A stretch of DNA of 64,000 bases from Syntrophales bacterium (GTDB taxonomy: Bacteria > Desulfobacterota > Syntrophia > Syntrophales > PHBD01): the NCBI GenBank assembly GCA_963668175.1, contig OY764159.1:3808001-3872000 (forward strand), given 5' to 3'. Each line of letters opens with the position of its first letter. The stretch's first letter is position 1. Positions 30,630 to 42,003 of the stretch are shown piece after piece. Both the position numbers and the translations under genes were made by a program. Under the pieces are notes generated by a model. It searched no databases, was not told the DNA's origin, and saw nothing but the letters and a program-made list of their open reading frames with translations.

Positions 30630-33600
30630 ATGCTAAAAACGATTTCATCCTGGTCCATAAGGGTCCATCTGATCATTCTGGTCATCGTGGCCATCCTGCC
30701 GGCCCTGGCGATCATCGTCTTCACGGGGATGGAGCGCAGGCAGGCGGCTATTGAGGACGCCAAACGCGCCATCAGGCAGTTAACCCTGGGCGTGGCAATC
30801 CAGCAGGAACAACTGACCAACAGCACCCGCCAGTTGCTCATGACGCTCGCCCAGGTTCCGGCGGTGCGGGTGCGGGACGTTCGCGCCTGCAATCAATTTC
30901 TGAAGGTTCTTTTAAAACAGAACCCGTGTTATGCGGCAATCAGCATTGCAACCCCCAACGGAAAGGTCTTTGCCAGCGCTCCCAGTATACAGCCGTTCAG
31001 TATCGCCGGACGGAAGTATTTTAAGGATGTATTGACCAGGAAGGAGTTTTCCGTCGGCGAATACGTCCTCAGCCACTCCGCTGGCCGCCCCGTTTTGCAT
31101 TTCGCCTACCCCGTTTTGGACGAAGGCAATCGTCTGATCGGCATTATCATGGCGGCGTTCGACCTCTCTTATTATAAGCAATCCTTTGCGACGGCCAAAC
31201 TCCCCGAAGGATCGGCGCTGGCACTGACGGACAGCGGCGGCGTCCGTCTCTACCGTCACCCCGATTTCGAAAAATACGCCGGCTTGAAGGATCTCCCCGA
31301 AATGATCACGCGAATGACCTCCGGAGAGCGGGAGGGAAGCTTTTTCGCCCCCGGTGTCGACGGCAAGAGGCGCCTCTACGGTTTCAAGCGTATGTATCTG
31401 ACGAAGGGCGCAGAACCCGATCTCTTCATCCGCGTCGGCGTGCCGGAAGCCGTCGTCCTGTCTGAAGCCAATCGCAACATCACAAGAAATATCGGAATTT
31501 TAGGATTGGCCGCGCTGTTGGCCACGTTCCTGGCCTATACGATAGGCAACTATCTCATTGCCCGTCCCCTGAATCTGATGGTGAAGGCATCAAAAAGGAT
31601 TGGGCGGGGCGATCTTACGACCCGTACGGAATTGTCGCATGGCTATAATGAAGTCGGCCAGTTGGCCGGATCGCTCGACGAGATGGCGTCTATGCTGGCA
31701 TATCGCGAGTCCGAACGGAAATGGGCGGAGTCCAGGATCGAACAGTTGAGGTTGGAAAGGGAACAAATCCTGAATTCGGCGGGGGAAGGGATTATCGGAC
31801 TAAATGCCGACGGCGAACATATCTTCGTCAACCCTGTAGCGGCAAAGATGATGGGCTACGACATCGCGGAACTTATCGGCCGGAAGAGCCATTCCATCCA
31901 TCATCATACGCGGACGGACGGCAGCGATTACCCGGAAAGCGAATGCCCTATCTATAGCTCCTACCGGGAAGGAAAGATATTCCAGGCATCCGATGAAATT
32001 TTCTGGAGGAAAGACGGCAGCCATTTCCCCGTCGAATATACGAGCACGCCGATCATGGAAAACGGGCGGCCGACAGGTGCCGTCCTGACCTTCAAGGACA
32101 TTACCGATCGCATCCGGACTGAAAGAATGCTTCGTAAGGGTTTGGAACGGGGGAACGCCCTTCTGAAACTCTACGAAGAAGCCCCCAAACTGGATGAAAA
32201 AGAACTCTACGATTTTGCCCTGGAGCTGGCAGTCAAGTTGACGGACAGCTCCATCGGCTTCTTTCATTTCGTCTCGGACGACCAGCAGAACGTCGTTTTA
32301 ACGACATGGAACCAAGAGGCCCTTGAGAGCTGCTCTGCACCTTTTGAAACGCATTATCCTATAGATCAAGCAGGCAACTGGACCGATTGCATCCGTCTGA
32401 AAAAACCTGTCGTCTATAACGAATTCTCCAGCGCTCCCAATAGAAAGGGGCTGCCGGAAGGGCACATACGCATTGAAAGGTTCATGTCCATTCCCGTGCT
32501 GGAGAAAGGAAAGGTTTTGATCATCTTCGGCGTCGGCAACAAGGCGGAACCGTACGACGATCACGACGTTCTCCAAATACAGCTTGTGGCGAACGAACTT
32601 CACAAAATCATGCGGCAGCGCAAATCCGATCAGTTTCTGAGAGAAAGCGAGGAACTTCATCGAATGCTGGCGGAAAAATCCATGGCCGGGGTTTATATCG
32701 TCCAAAACTCCAAATTTAAATTTCTCAATGCCAATGCCGCATCCTACGCCGGTTACCTTCCGGAAGAGCTGATCGGCCGCGATGCGATGTTGATCATTCA
32801 TTCCGAAGACCGGACGAAAGTGAAGGAAAACGCCGCCGCCATGCTCAAGGGGGAGAGGATGGCTCCTTATGAATTCAGGATCATGTGCAAAGACGGAAGC
32901 GCGCGGTGGATCATGGAATCGGTAACCCATATCCAATACGAGGGCAAGCAGGCCGTTCTCGGCAACTCCATGGACATCACGGAGATTATCCTCGCCAAGC
33001 ATGAGTTGGACTCCAGGAAGGCCCTCGAACTATCCATTCTGGACGCCATCCCTCATGCCGTGATCGGTCTTGAGAACCGCAAGATCATCTTTGCCAACAG
33101 CCATGTGAAAGAAACGTTCGGATGGTCGCCCGAAGAGTTAATCGGCAAGTATACGAGGGTTCTATACAAAAACGATGAAGACTACGAAGAGATAGGCCGA
33201 TCCATCTATCCTGTTTTATTAAAACAGAGGACCTACAGCATGGAGTGCATTTGCCGCCGTAAGGACGAACAGGATATCGTATGTCTCCTGAACGGGGCGG
33301 TGATAGGAGAAGCGCTCGTCGACGGAAGAGTCGTCGTGGTCTATGAGGATATAACGGCCTTAAAACGGACCGAGAACGAAAGCCGTAAAATGGAAGCACA
33401 ACTCAGGCAGGCCCAGAAAATGGAGGCACTGGGAACCCTGGCAGGAGGGATCGCCCATGACTTTAACAATATCCTTGGAGGCATCATCGGTTATGCCGAG
33501 CTCTACAAAGATCAGGTACACGATCGTCCCAATGTGTATCATGGCATCGAAGAGGTGCTGAACGCATCCAACCGTGCCAAGGATCTCGTCCAGCAGATAC

Positions 33601-34580
33601 TCACATTCAGCCGTCAACGAGAGCAGGAACGTGTTCCTATCAAGCTGTCGCCGATTGTTAAAGAGGTTACAAAATTCATGAGAGCGTCTCTCCCGGCAAC
33701 GATTCAGATAAGGCATCATATCGATGCAAAGTGGGACAAAATCACGGCCGATGCGACCCAGATTCACCAAGTGCTCACGAATCTCTGCACAAACGCCGGA
33801 CACGCCATGAAGGACGCCGGGGGTATATTGGAGATCACGCTGGAACAAATCGACATCAGCGGTAACAATATGTTTAATCTGAGGTCATTGCAGCCCGTGC
33901 CTCATCTTAAGCTGACGGTTTCGGACACCGGCTGCGGCATTACGGAGGAAAATCTCGAGAGGATATTCGAACCGTACTTCACAACCAAGGAAATCGGGGA
34001 AGGGACAGGCCTCGGACTTGCCGTCGTTCACGGAATTATCAAGAGTCACGGCGGTGAAATCAAGGTTTACAGCGAAGTCGGCAAGGGAACGAAATTTCAT
34101 GTGTACATACCCCTGTTGAAAGAACAGACGGGAACCGATCAAGCGGCTCAACCGACTCCCTTGCCCAGAGGAAAAGAAATAATCCTTTTTGTGGATGACG
34201 AAAAGATGCTCGCACAAGTGGGAAAATTATCATTGGAAAAGCTTGGTTACGAAGTCGTTGCCGAAACGGACCCCATCAAGGCCGTTGATCTGTTCAAAGA
34301 GGAAAAGGATCGCTTCGATTTGGTCATAACGGACAAAACCATGCCTAAAATGACGGGGTTCGATCTGGCCAGGGACTTGAAAAGGATACGGCCCGATGTC
34401 CCCGTTATCCTGTGCTCGGGTTTTCAGGAGAAGACCGACGAAGCGGAACTTTCCGCCGCCGGCATAAGCCACTTCATCAGCAAACCGATTGATATCGGCA
34501 TAATGGCAAGAGCCATCCGCGCCGTTCTGAAAGAGAACAAGGATACATATCCCGTAGCCCGAACGGCCGAGAAGCACTAA
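30630..34580 (+). CDS. Membrane hybrid sensor histidine kinase (Cache, HAMP, PAS, GAF, PAS, PAS, HisKA, HATPase, REC)
   Basis: TM-Cache(RKYFK)-TM-HAMP(NEVGQLA), [23 protein letters not shown] (VDDE, ITDKTMP, SKP). Confidence 0.95.
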   Translation: MLKTISSWSIRVHLIILVIVAILPALAIIVFTGMERRQAAIEDAKRAIRQLTLGVAIQQEQLTNSTRQLLMTLAQVPAVRVRDVRACNQFLKVLLKQNPCYAAISIATPNGKVFASAPSIQPFSIAGRKYFKDVLTRKEFSVGEYVLSHSAGRPVLHFAYPVLDEGNRLIGIIMAAFDLSYYKQSFATAKLPEGSALALTDSGGVRLYRHPDFEKYAGLKDLPEMITRMTSGEREGSFFAPGVDGKRRLYGFKRMYLTKGAEPDLFIRVGVPEAVVLSEANRNITRNIGILGLAALLATFLAYTIGNYLIARPLNLMVKASKRIGRGDLTTRTELSHGYNEVGQLAGSLDEMASMLAYRESERKWAESRIEQLRLEREQILNSAGEGIIGLNADGEHIFVNPVAAKMMGYDIAELIGRKSHSIHHHTRTDGSDYPESECPIYSSYREGKIFQASDEIFWRKDGSHFPVEYTSTPIMENGRPTGAVLTFKDITDRIRTERMLRKGLERGNALLKLYEEAPKLDEKELYDFALELAVKLTDSSIGFFHFVSDDQQNVVLTTWNQEALESCSAPFETHYPIDQAGNWTDCIRLKKPVVYNEFSSAPNRKGLPEGHIRIERFMSIPVLEKGKVLIIFGVGNKAEPYDDHDVLQIQLVANELHKIMRQRKSDQFLRESEELHRMLAEKSMAGVYIVQNSKFKFLNANAASYAGYLPEELIGRDAMLIIHSEDRTKVKENAAAMLKGERMAPYEFRIMCKDGSARWIMESVTHIQYEGKQAVLGNSMDITEIILAKHELDSRKALELSILDAIPHAVIGLENRKIIFANSHVKETFGWSPEELIGKYTRVLYKNDEDYEEIGRSIYPVLLKQRTYSMECICRRKDEQDIVCLLNGAVIGEALVDGRVVVVYEDITALKRTENESRKMEAQLRQAQKMEALGTLAGGIAHDFNNILGGIIGYAELYKDQVHDRPNVYHGIEEVLNASNRAKDLVQQILTFSRQREQERVPIKLSPIVKEVTKFMRASLPATIQIRHHIDAKWDKITADATQIHQVLTNLCTNAGHAMKDAGGILEITLEQIDISGNNMFNLRSLQPVPHLKLTVSDTGCGITEENLERIFEPYFTTKEIGEGTGLGLAVVHGIIKSHGGEIKVYSEVGKGTKFHVYIPLLKEQTGTDQAAQPTPLPRGKEIILFVDDEKMLAQVGKLSLEKLGYEVVAETDPIKAVDLFKEEKDRFDLVITDKTMPKMTGFDLARDLKRIRPDVPVILCSGFQEKTDEAELSAAGISHFISKPIDIGIMARAIRAVLKENKDTYPVARTAEKH

Positions 34581-34763
34581 TGGTTCTCGCATCGCAAGAT
34601 CGAAACCATAGCCAAATCTTTGACTTAACACCGGAGATACCGAGCGGATTTCAGGCAACACCTATCCCTCAGGCCTATTCGGTCGGAAGAACAGGTCTTT
34701 AGGTGCGGGGGAACACGACGTTCTTTGACCGCGTTCAGTTATGTATCTTCACAGGAAAGATTG

Positions 34764-35978
34764 CTAAAGGACGCCTTCTTCCTTCAGTTGTTTCACTTCT
34801 TCCTTGTCGATATTAAGATATTTTTTCAGGATCGCCTCGTTGTGTTCGCCGACCAATGGCGACGGCCGATCGATTGAACCGGGTGTCTCCGACATCTTAA
34901 ACGGCATCCCGGGAACTCTTGCCTTGCCGATAATCGAGTGATCGACCTCCACGAAGTAACCGCGTTCCTTGAGATGGGGATCTTCGGCAACCTCCTTGAT
35001 GTTGAGGATGCGGGACGTAGCTACGCGTCCGTTCTCCATCATCTTCTCCACCTCGTTGACCGTCATGTCGGCGGTGATCTTTTCGATCTGTTCCTGAAGG
35101 ATGTGCCTCTTGGCCCAGCGGAGTTTCTTGTTGGCGTACCCCGGGTCTTCGATCCACTCCGGCTTGCCCAGGGCCCGGCAGAACCGATGCCAGTGCTCGT
35201 CGCCCACCGTACAGATGATAATATAGCCGTCCTTGCACTGATAGGCCTGCATGGGCGCATCGTTCGGGTTGGCGGAACCGATCGGTCCCATGACTTCGCC
35301 GCCGATGGTATAACGCACGATGGCGTTTTCCAGAATCGAGATCATGGCCTCCTGCATGGAAAGATCGATATGCTGGCCTTGCCCCGTCCGCTGCCTGTTC
35401 CAGAGGGCGAGCATGGCGGCGAATGCTCCGTGAACCCCCGCATTCACATCGCCGAGGGATGTTCCTGCTTTCGTCGGAGGACAGTTCGGGTGCCCGGTCA
35501 GGGAGATGAAACCGCTCATCGCCTGGGCAACGACGTCGAAGGCCATTTTGCTCGCATAAGGGCCGTTCTGGCCGAATCCGCTGATACTGACCAGAATAAT
35601 ACGCGGATTGAGATCGCGAAGCTTCGGATAGTCTATTCCCAGCTTCTTCATAACGCCGGGCGTGTAATTCTCGACGACAATATCCGCTTTTTTAACCAAA
35701 TCATTGAAAATCTTGAGACCCTTCGGGCTTTTAAGATTCAAGGTCATTCCATACTTATTGCGATTGAGACCGAGAAAATAGCCGCTCCTGTTCCGCTCAT
35801 TCGGTCCGCCTTTCCCGTTCTCCACCCAAGGGGGGTTATCCCTCATGGGCTCGCCCCCGAGAGGTTCGATCTTAATGATTTCCGCTCCGTAATCGCCCAA
35901 CAGCGTCGTGCAATACGGACCTGCGTAGAATCTCGTCAAATCGAGAACTACAATACCTTCCAATGCTTTCGATGACAT
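34764..35978 (-). CDS. CoA-transferase family III (CaiB/BaiF/Frc-like)
   Basis: VLDLTRFYAGPY, LNRNK, DIVVENY, SISGFGQNGPY, AFDVVAQAMSG (catalytic Asp); GGAGGAG RBS. Confidence 0.93.
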   Translation of the reverse strand: MSSKALEGIVVLDLTRFYAGPYCTTLLGDYGAEIIKIEPLGGEPMRDNPPWVENGKGGPNERNRSGYFLGLNRNKYGMTLNLKSPKGLKIFNDLVKKADIVVENYTPGVMKKLGIDYPKLRDLNPRIILVSISGFGQNGPYASKMAFDVVAQAMSGFISLTGHPNCPPTKAGTSLGDVNAGVHGAFAAMLALWNRQRTGQGQHIDLSMQEAMISILENAIVRYTIGGEVMGPIGSANPNDAPMQAYQCKDGYIIICTVGDEHWHRFCRALGKPEWIEDPGYANKKLRWAKRHILQEQIEKITADMTVNEVEKMMENGRVATSRILNIKEVAEDPHLKERGYFVEVDHSIIGKARVPGMPFKMSETPGSIDRPSPLVGEHNEAILKKYLNIDKEEVKQLKEEGVL

Positions 35979-36130
35979 AAACTCCTCCATGGACCATAGA
36001 TTTTATTCAAAAAGCAGCAGACCCAAAAACAAATGAGAGATGGATCAGATTGCCAGAAGAATCAGAGCATGCAATCATCGATCCATCTCTCGGGGGTCTT
36101 GCTATCTTTTTTCTCTTCACTGTAAATTCA

Positions 36131-37354
36131 TCATCCGCCGCCGCCCATCAGCTTAATCGTTTCCTCGACGGCCTTTTCCGCAAATATAGCATCGTTGATA
36201 TGGGCATCGATCTCTTTCACTACGACATTGCTCCGCAGGTAACTTTTGATGGCCTTGATGAAGGTCGCATCCCGCTCGGGATCGCACAGCGGTTCACCCT
36301 CATGGCAATACATCGAAAAGCCTTTCAGTGGAATGAGCAGCAATACAGGGCCTTTTGCCTTGTTGAGCTTCTCGGCCATTACGCCGGCGATCCGTTCCAT
36401 CTCTTCAGGCGTGGTGCTTACAAGGGAACAGGCGGGATTGAATTTATACTTCTTACGCTGTTTGAATTCAGGGGCCAGGTTGTCGATCGGGCCCTTGAGA
36501 ATAAAGTCGACGCATCCCGGCACGACAACCTGGGGAATACCTTTCCTGGCGGCGGCCTCCAACCTGCTCGGCCCGCCGGCGTGAAAGCCGTCATAGAGCC
36601 AATCGGTAATCTCGTGGGTCGTCAAATCGAAAACGCCGTTGAAGAGCCCCTGTTCGATCAACTCTTCCATGCACATCCCGCCCGTGCCGTTGGGATGGAA
36701 GACGACAACCTCATAACCCTTCTCTTCGAACTTCTGTTTGGCCACCATGGCGGCCGGCGTCGTGTTGCCGTACATCGTCATTGCAACGACTTTCTTACCC
36801 TCAAGCTTGGTGCTCACATCCATGTCCAACATACCGCAGATGGCCCCGACAGCCGTTTTGAAGACCTTGCGGCTCACTTCGTTGACACCGAAGATATCGA
36901 TGACGGAATGCATGATGACCATATCGCTTGTGCCGACAAAATCCCCGAACGTCTGTTTTCCCTGGGCGACGGGGGTGAGCAGAAACTTCGGCACACCCAG
37001 GGGAAGCGCCCGCATGGCGCCCGACGCAAGAAGCGCGCCGTCGAACCCCCCCAGTGTCATGATCGCCTGAAATCTACCCTCATTATACAGCTGGCTTACG
37101 ACTTTGACAATGCCGGGAATCATTGTTTCGATGGCTTCCCCGCGCCCCATGGCCGAAAGGGTTTCCATGTCGATCTTCGCGGCCTCCAGAAGAACGTTCC
37201 TGCTGACATCGCAGCAGATGCCTTCTCCCGAGCCCCGCAGACTCATGTCCAGCACCATCGCCTGTGTTCCCTTTGTCTCCAGCTGTTCTTTGATGTAATT
37301 GACTTCCGCCCCCTTCGTATCGAGGGTCGCCATGATCAGGACTGTCTTTCCCAT
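36131..37354 (-). CDS. Tm-1-like ATP-binding domain protein (UPF0261)
   Basis: ATLDTKGAE, MRALPLGVPK, SVIDIFGVN, TMYGNTTP, VFHPNGTGG, DLTTHE, IPQVVVPGCVD, HIND. Confidence 0.9.
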   Translation of the reverse strand: MGKTVLIMATLDTKGAEVNYIKEQLETKGTQAMVLDMSLRGSGEGICCDVSRNVLLEAAKIDMETLSAMGRGEAIETMIPGIVKVVSQLYNEGRFQAIMTLGGFDGALLASGAMRALPLGVPKFLLTPVAQGKQTFGDFVGTSDMVIMHSVIDIFGVNEVSRKVFKTAVGAICGMLDMDVSTKLEGKKVVAMTMYGNTTPAAMVAKQKFEEKGYEVVVFHPNGTGGMCMEELIEQGLFNGVFDLTTHEITDWLYDGFHAGGPSRLEAAARKGIPQVVVPGCVDFILKGPIDNLAPEFKQRKKYKFNPACSLVSTTPEEMERIAGVMAEKLNKAKGPVLLLIPLKGFSMYCHEGEPLCDPERDATFIKAIKSYLRSNVVVKEIDAHINDAIFAEKAVEETIKLMGGGG

Positions 37355-37398
37355 AACATTACTCCAATCTCACCACGCCGCCTGCCACTTCTCCGGCC

Positions 37399-38700
37399 TT
37401 ACAACAGAAAAGTGATGATTTGCGGGAAGACCATCATGAGGGGCATTCCCACGCACATGATGATGAAATAGACCATCGAACCGGCGAACACGTCCTCCAG
37501 GGAAACATCCGGCTCCGCCACGGCCTTGACGGTGAAGACGGACAGACCGAAGGGCGGCGTGATGATTCCGATCTGCGAGGCGTAGATCATGAACACGGCA
37601 AAGAAATAAGGATCGATCCCCAACTCGGTGATGATAGGATGGAGGATCGGTATCGTGATGGTCAGCATGGACGTCGAATCCATCAGGCAGCCGAGGATCA
37701 GGTACACGAAGGCCAAAATGGACAACAGGACGTAATTGTTCAGCTGGGCCTCGACAATGGCCTGAACGACGGCGTCGCTGAGGCCCGTCACTACGAGATA
37801 GCGGGAGAAGACACAGGCACCGGCCATGGTGAGAAAGATCATCGCCGATGTCGTCGCCGTCTCCTTGATCCCGTCGACGATATGGGGAATGCACGCCTTC
37901 TTCATCGTCACGATGAGGAGGATCAGGATGACCACCGTGGCCACCGCGGAGGCCTCCGTGGGACTGAAAATACCGCCGAAGATGCCGCCGAAGATAACGA
38001 CCGCGGTCACGATGACCGGCCAGAAGCTCGGGATGGTCGCGAGTTTCTGCTTGAACGTATAGTCGGGCATTTCCTGGGGTGCGATCCGGTCCGGACGATA
38101 ACGGGCCGTATAATAGACGTGGATGCACATGAGGGCCGTGAGCATAAGTCCCGGTCCGATGCCGCCCAAAAGGAGCTTGCCGACGGAAAGGCCGGTCAGG
38201 ATGCCGTAGATGACCGCCAGGATGCTCGGGGGGATGAGCATGCCGATCATGCCCGCCGACGCCGTAATACCGTAGGCGATCTTCTTATCGTAGCCGTGTC
38301 GCCTCATCTCCGGCGAGCTGACCTTGGCGAAGACCGCCGCTGTGACGATGGACGACCCGCATACGGCGCCGAAAGCGGCACAGCCGAGAATCGTGGCGAT
38401 GCCGAGGCTGCCGCGGATCTTCCCGGTCCAGACGAGCAAGCCGTCGTAGAGCCGTTTGCTGATGCCGCCCGCCGCGCCCCAGAGCCCCATGAGGATGAAG
38501 AGGGGCAGCGTAACGAGGGCGTAGTTGGCGTTGTTGAAATACATGCTGCTCGTGGCGAGGTTGAAGGCATTGTCCAATCCCATGAGCAGCGCCATGCCCC
38601 CTATCCCGACGATGCCCAGGGCGATGCCGACGTGCACGCCGACAGCAATTAAAATCAAGAGGACGAATATCCCCGTAATACCGATGGCCATTGGGTCCAT
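37399..38700 (-). CDS. dctM: TRAP transporter large permease
   Basis: LPLFILMG, FGAVCGSS, LIPPSI, SPTEA, ITPPFG. Confidence 0.93.
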   Translation of the reverse strand: MDPMAIGITGIFVLLILIAVGVHVGIALGIVGIGGMALLMGLDNAFNLATSSMYFNNANYALVTLPLFILMGLWGAAGGISKRLYDGLLVWTGKIRGSLGIATILGCAAFGAVCGSSIVTAAVFAKVSSPEMRRHGYDKKIAYGITASAGMIGMLIPPSILAVIYGILTGLSVGKLLLGGIGPGLMLTALMCIHVYYTARYRPDRIAPQEMPDYTFKQKLATIPSFWPVIVTAVVIFGGIFGGIFSPTEASAVATVVILILLIVTMKKACIPHIVDGIKETATTSAMIFLTMAGACVFSRYLVVTGLSDAVVQAIVEAQLNNYVLLSILAFVYLILGCLMDSTSMLTITIPILHPIITELGIDPYFFAVFMIYASQIGIITPPFGLSVFTVKAVAEPDVSLEDVFAGSMVYFIIMCVGMPLMMVFPQIITFLL

Positions 38701-38714
38701 ATTGAAGATCCTCC

Positions 38715-39245
38715 TTATAATGCACTAGAACGGCCGGATAGACTCAGGACCGTGTCTAAGAAATTGACGATGTACTGGAGCGTGAAAAACAGGAAGCCCA
38801 GCGGCATGGCGAATTTGCCCACATACCAGGGCAGCTTGATGACGGCGAGCATCTCTTCGCGAATCTCTAACGAGTGCATGAAGAAATCCCAGGCGTAATA
38901 GGTCACCATCGCGCAGAAACCGGCCCCGAGGACGGCGGCGAACAAATCGAAGTAGGGTTTTGCACCCTTGGGAATGTATTCGAAAAGGACGGTGACGCGG
39001 ATATGCAGCCCCAGCGAAAGGGTGTAGCCCAGGGTAAGAAATACGATGTACGCCATGAGAAGTTCCGACACCTCGACGGTGGCCGGAAGCGGAGCGTTGA
39101 AGGCAAACCGGGAGAACACGTCGTAAACGATCATGAACGTCAGGATCACAAGGGCGATCCCCGTAAGCAGATTGAGGACGTTGTCGATGTATCCGAGAAC
39201 TTTTTTAACAGGTTGTAAAAAGTTTGCAGTTTCGTTTTGAGTCAT
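38715..39245 (-). CDS. dctQ: TRAP transporter small permease
   Basis: Four TM helices, DVFSRFAFNAPL, HIRV; GGAG RBS before ATG 39245. Confidence 0.9.
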   Translation of the reverse strand: MTQNETANFLQPVKKVLGYIDNVLNLLTGIALVILTFMIVYDVFSRFAFNAPLPATVEVSELLMAYIVFLTLGYTLSLGLHIRVTVLFEYIPKGAKPYFDLFAAVLGAGFCAMVTYYAWDFFMHSLEIREEMLAVIKLPWYVGKFAMPLGFLFFTLQYIVNFLDTVLSLSGRSSAL

Positions 39246-39385
39246 CTTATTTACTCCTTCTCCAATGATGGGGGGAGACGGATAGCTGCGGCGCATACGG
39301 CTCAGAGTGCGGCGGTGTCGCAAAAGGCCCGCCGCCGCACCCGTCAACCAACAATACGGAGAGCAACGAATCCCGATTCAGACTG

Positions 39386-40459
39386 TTATTTCTTGACCCC
39401 CCATTGCCGTATCCATTTGTGTCCCATGCCGGCGGTGATTTCCTGATACCGCTTCACGATTTCCCAGCCGGGATATCCCATGGCCGTCACTTCGGCGGCC
39501 CACTCGGCCGGTGTGTCCGGACAGGCCTGGGCCCACTTCTTGCGGTCCGCTTCCGACATCTTGACGAACGTATAATTGGGCGTCTTCTTCCAGTCCGCAA
39601 AGATCTTCTTTTCCCAAGCCGGGTTGATCTCCTTGGCGGCCATGATCTCCAGCTTCTTGCCCGACTCCAGCATGATCTTCTGCACATCGGGCGACATGCT
39701 CTTGAACTTGTTCAGGTTCATCCACGTGCCGACCCAGTTGGTCGTCAGCAGTTCGGGATGAAAAACATGCGGGGCCTGCTCGATGATCTTGAAGGCGTAC
39801 AGCAGGTCGGCCGTGTCCATCGCCATGTCGATAACGCCCGTCTGCATCATCGTATAGACTTCCGATCCGGGAGCCGCGACGGGCCCCATTCCCAGCGGGG
39901 TCAGCCACTTGCCGAAATAACGGCCGATGACCTTGCAGCGTTTTCCTTTCAACTGATCCAGGCTCGTGACTTTATCCTTCGTCAGGAAGACTTCCGTAAT
40001 ACCGGGGCTCTGGAACATCTTCACGATGTTGTTGCGCTCCATGTCCTTCCGGAACTGGGGGAACTCTTCATAAATCTGGCGCATCGCCTTGGTGAGAATG
40101 AGGGGATCGGTGGGGCCGAAGGGGAAGGCGTAATCGTAGTCTTCCAGAGGAAGATCCTTCGGCGTGTACCAGCCGTAACTGACCACGAGGTCGACAGCGC
40201 CGGTCTTCACGAGGGAAAGATGCTCGGCCGGCTTGCCGAGGGCGCCGCCGTAGTAATTCTTGAACGTTACCGCGCCGCCGGTCTGCTGTGTGACCATTTT
40301 TTCCCAGGCCACCAGATGGGCTGTCGCCAGAGAACTCTCAGGAGGCGGATAAGGAGTTGCGACTCTCAAGACGACGGACTTCGGGGCCGCCTGAACCGGA
40401 AGGGCGCATACGGCCATCATCAATACCGCACTGATAAACAGATAGATGCATTTTTTCAT
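39386..40459 (-). CDS. dctP: TRAP transporter substrate-binding protein
   Basis: Signal peptide, YYGGALGK, GAVDLV, LKGKRCKV, EVYTMMQTGVID. Confidence 0.9.
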   Translation of the reverse strand: MKKCIYLFISAVLMMAVCALPVQAAPKSVVLRVATPYPPPESSLATAHLVAWEKMVTQQTGGAVTFKNYYGGALGKPAEHLSLVKTGAVDLVVSYGWYTPKDLPLEDYDYAFPFGPTDPLILTKAMRQIYEEFPQFRKDMERNNIVKMFQSPGITEVFLTKDKVTSLDQLKGKRCKVIGRYFGKWLTPLGMGPVAAPGSEVYTMMQTGVIDMAMDTADLLYAFKIIEQAPHVFHPELLTTNWVGTWMNLNKFKSMSPDVQKIMLESGKKLEIMAAKEINPAWEKKIFADWKKTPNYTFVKMSEADRKKWAQACPDTPAEWAAEVTAMGYPGWEIVKRYQEITAGMGHKWIRQWGVKK

Positions 40460-40477
40460 GTCGATTTCCTTTCTCGA

Positions 40478-41410
40478 TCAGAAGGGTCTGTAGGTCCTGC
40501 TCCAGTACTCGCGATTCTTCACTTCACCCGTCTTGAACTTCTTGACGTCTTCAAGGAACTCCGCCATCAGCTTCGCCTTGGCGTACAGCATTCTCTTTCC
40601 CTTGTCCGCCGTTGCCACAAAGGGGTTGCCCGGACAGCCGATCAGGCCGTTGTCGCTGTATTCCTGATGTTCCATCGGAACCCAGGCCAGGTCCTTACCG
40701 TCCATCTTGATGTAAGGCGAGCCGTTGTTCTTCGTGTATTTCTTGCTCACGTCGGAGGCCCATTTCGGCGCGTGGGTGTAATCCTTCGTCGCCCGCTCGA
40801 TATGAACGATCTTCTTGCCGTAAAGCTGCTCGAAATAGAGGCATTCGGAGGCCTCGATCTCGCTGCCGTGCCAGCCGGGACATTCCTCGGGGGGACACTC
40901 GTAAATACCCTGGTCTTTGAAGAGATCCGGAGCGGCTTCCGCATCGTTCCTGACGCAGCAGACGAACGCGTTGGTCTCGTAACGCAGGGCGCGCATGGCC
41001 GGGTCGATCGCCTTCATGTTCGAGGTATGACCGGTGGCATAAACGAGCTTGTTGAACCCGTTGTGGATCAGGCAGCGGCCGATCTCGTAAATAATGTTCT
41101 GATAGGTGCTGGAACTGAAGGTGATGGTGCCCGAACCGATACCGGCCGGATGAAGATGCTGGGGGGAATAGCCGATCGGCATGGTCTGCACGTAGGGCAC
41201 ATTGGCCAGTTCGGCTGCAAGCTGGCAGGGAATTTCCGTGGCAATCGTGTCCGTACAGACCGGACAGTGCTTGCCGTGCTGCTCCGTACTACCGAGAGGG
41301 ATGATAACGACATCCGTCTCTTTCAGCCATTCCCGAACCTCGACATATGTGCAACGAAACAAATTGTAAATCTTTTCAACTTTTACTTCTTTTTTTTCTT
41401 CCCATTCCAT
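40478..41410 (-). CDS. Creatininase/creatinine amidohydrolase family protein
   Basis: PLGSTEQHGKHCP..TD, GYSPQH, GTIT, GHTSN, WHGSEIE metal-ligand motifs. Confidence 0.9.
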   Translation of the reverse strand: MEWEEKKEVKVEKIYNLFRCTYVEVREWLKETDVVIIPLGSTEQHGKHCPVCTDTIATEIPCQLAAELANVPYVQTMPIGYSPQHLHPAGIGSGTITFSSSTYQNIIYEIGRCLIHNGFNKLVYATGHTSNMKAIDPAMRALRYETNAFVCCVRNDAEAAPDLFKDQGIYECPPEECPGWHGSEIEASECLYFEQLYGKKIVHIERATKDYTHAPKWASDVSKKYTKNNGSPYIKMDGKDLAWVPMEHQEYSDNGLIGCPGNPFVATADKGKRMLYAKAKLMAEFLEDVKKFKTGEVKNREYWSRTYRPF

Positions 41411-41510
41411 GACACAAAACCTCCAATCAAATTTTCATTGAACTGTTTTCTCTTGCTTCTTGGAGAACGATCATCTTCACATTCGGGGCAACCCGATTTA
41501 TTCAATCTTG

Positions 41511-41981
41511 TCATGCTCCCGATTTTGAGAAGAACAGATTCATTCCCACGATGACAAACAGAAGTCCCGTCAACCGCAACCCCGTGATGGGAATCTTGGA
41601 CACTGCAAACCACCCCGTCGCGTCAAGGACGAGAGAGGCGGCAAACTGGCCGACGAGGATGGCCGAAAATGCCGCGGCGACCCCCATTTTGGGCGCCACG
41701 TAGATAACGCTGCCGACAAAGACGGCGGCAGCAACGCCGCCCAGATAGCTGTACCAGGGCGCACTGAACCATCCGCCTCCGGGGCTGGAATCTGAAAACC
41801 CGCTAACCACGGCCACAGCGACCAGGATGGTCAACAGTCCGACGGCAAAGGGGGCAATAACCGCCTTCAGGACGCCGACATGATGGCCCAGCAGAGAATT
41901 GAGGCTTCCTTCGACGGCTACGCATACGCCGCCTACAATACCTACGAGTACATACAGCATTGTTTGTGCGTCCATTTTCAT
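41511..41981 (-). CDS. DMT family small transporter (YdcZ/DUF606-like)
   Basis: Five TM helices; NSLLG, PWYSYLGG, LVGQ..SLVLD. Confidence 0.85.
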   Translation of the reverse strand: MKMDAQTMLYVLVGIVGGVCVAVEGSLNSLLGHHVGVLKAVIAPFAVGLLTILVAVAVVSGFSDSSPGGGWFSAPWYSYLGGVAAAVFVGSVIYVAPKMGVAAAFSAILVGQFAASLVLDATGWFAVSKIPITGLRLTGLLFVIVGMNLFFSKSGA

Positions 41982-42003
41982 CCCTTCGTCTCCCTGTTTT
42001 CCG

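Noticed and set aside
40478..41410. Assignment as true creatininase or as Thermotoga-type IolN inosose hydrolase
   Set aside because: Only fold-level motifs are shared. No creatine-pathway or inositol dehydrogenase genes are adjacent, so the substrate is left open.
39404..41554. 716-aa plus-strand ORF and other long antisense or alternate-frame ORFs (e.g. 7004-8386, 36050-37471, 47807-49498, 48574-50178, 56698-58095)
   Set aside because: Shadow ORFs overlapping well-supported genes, with no recognisable motifs. Explained by GC-rich codon bias.
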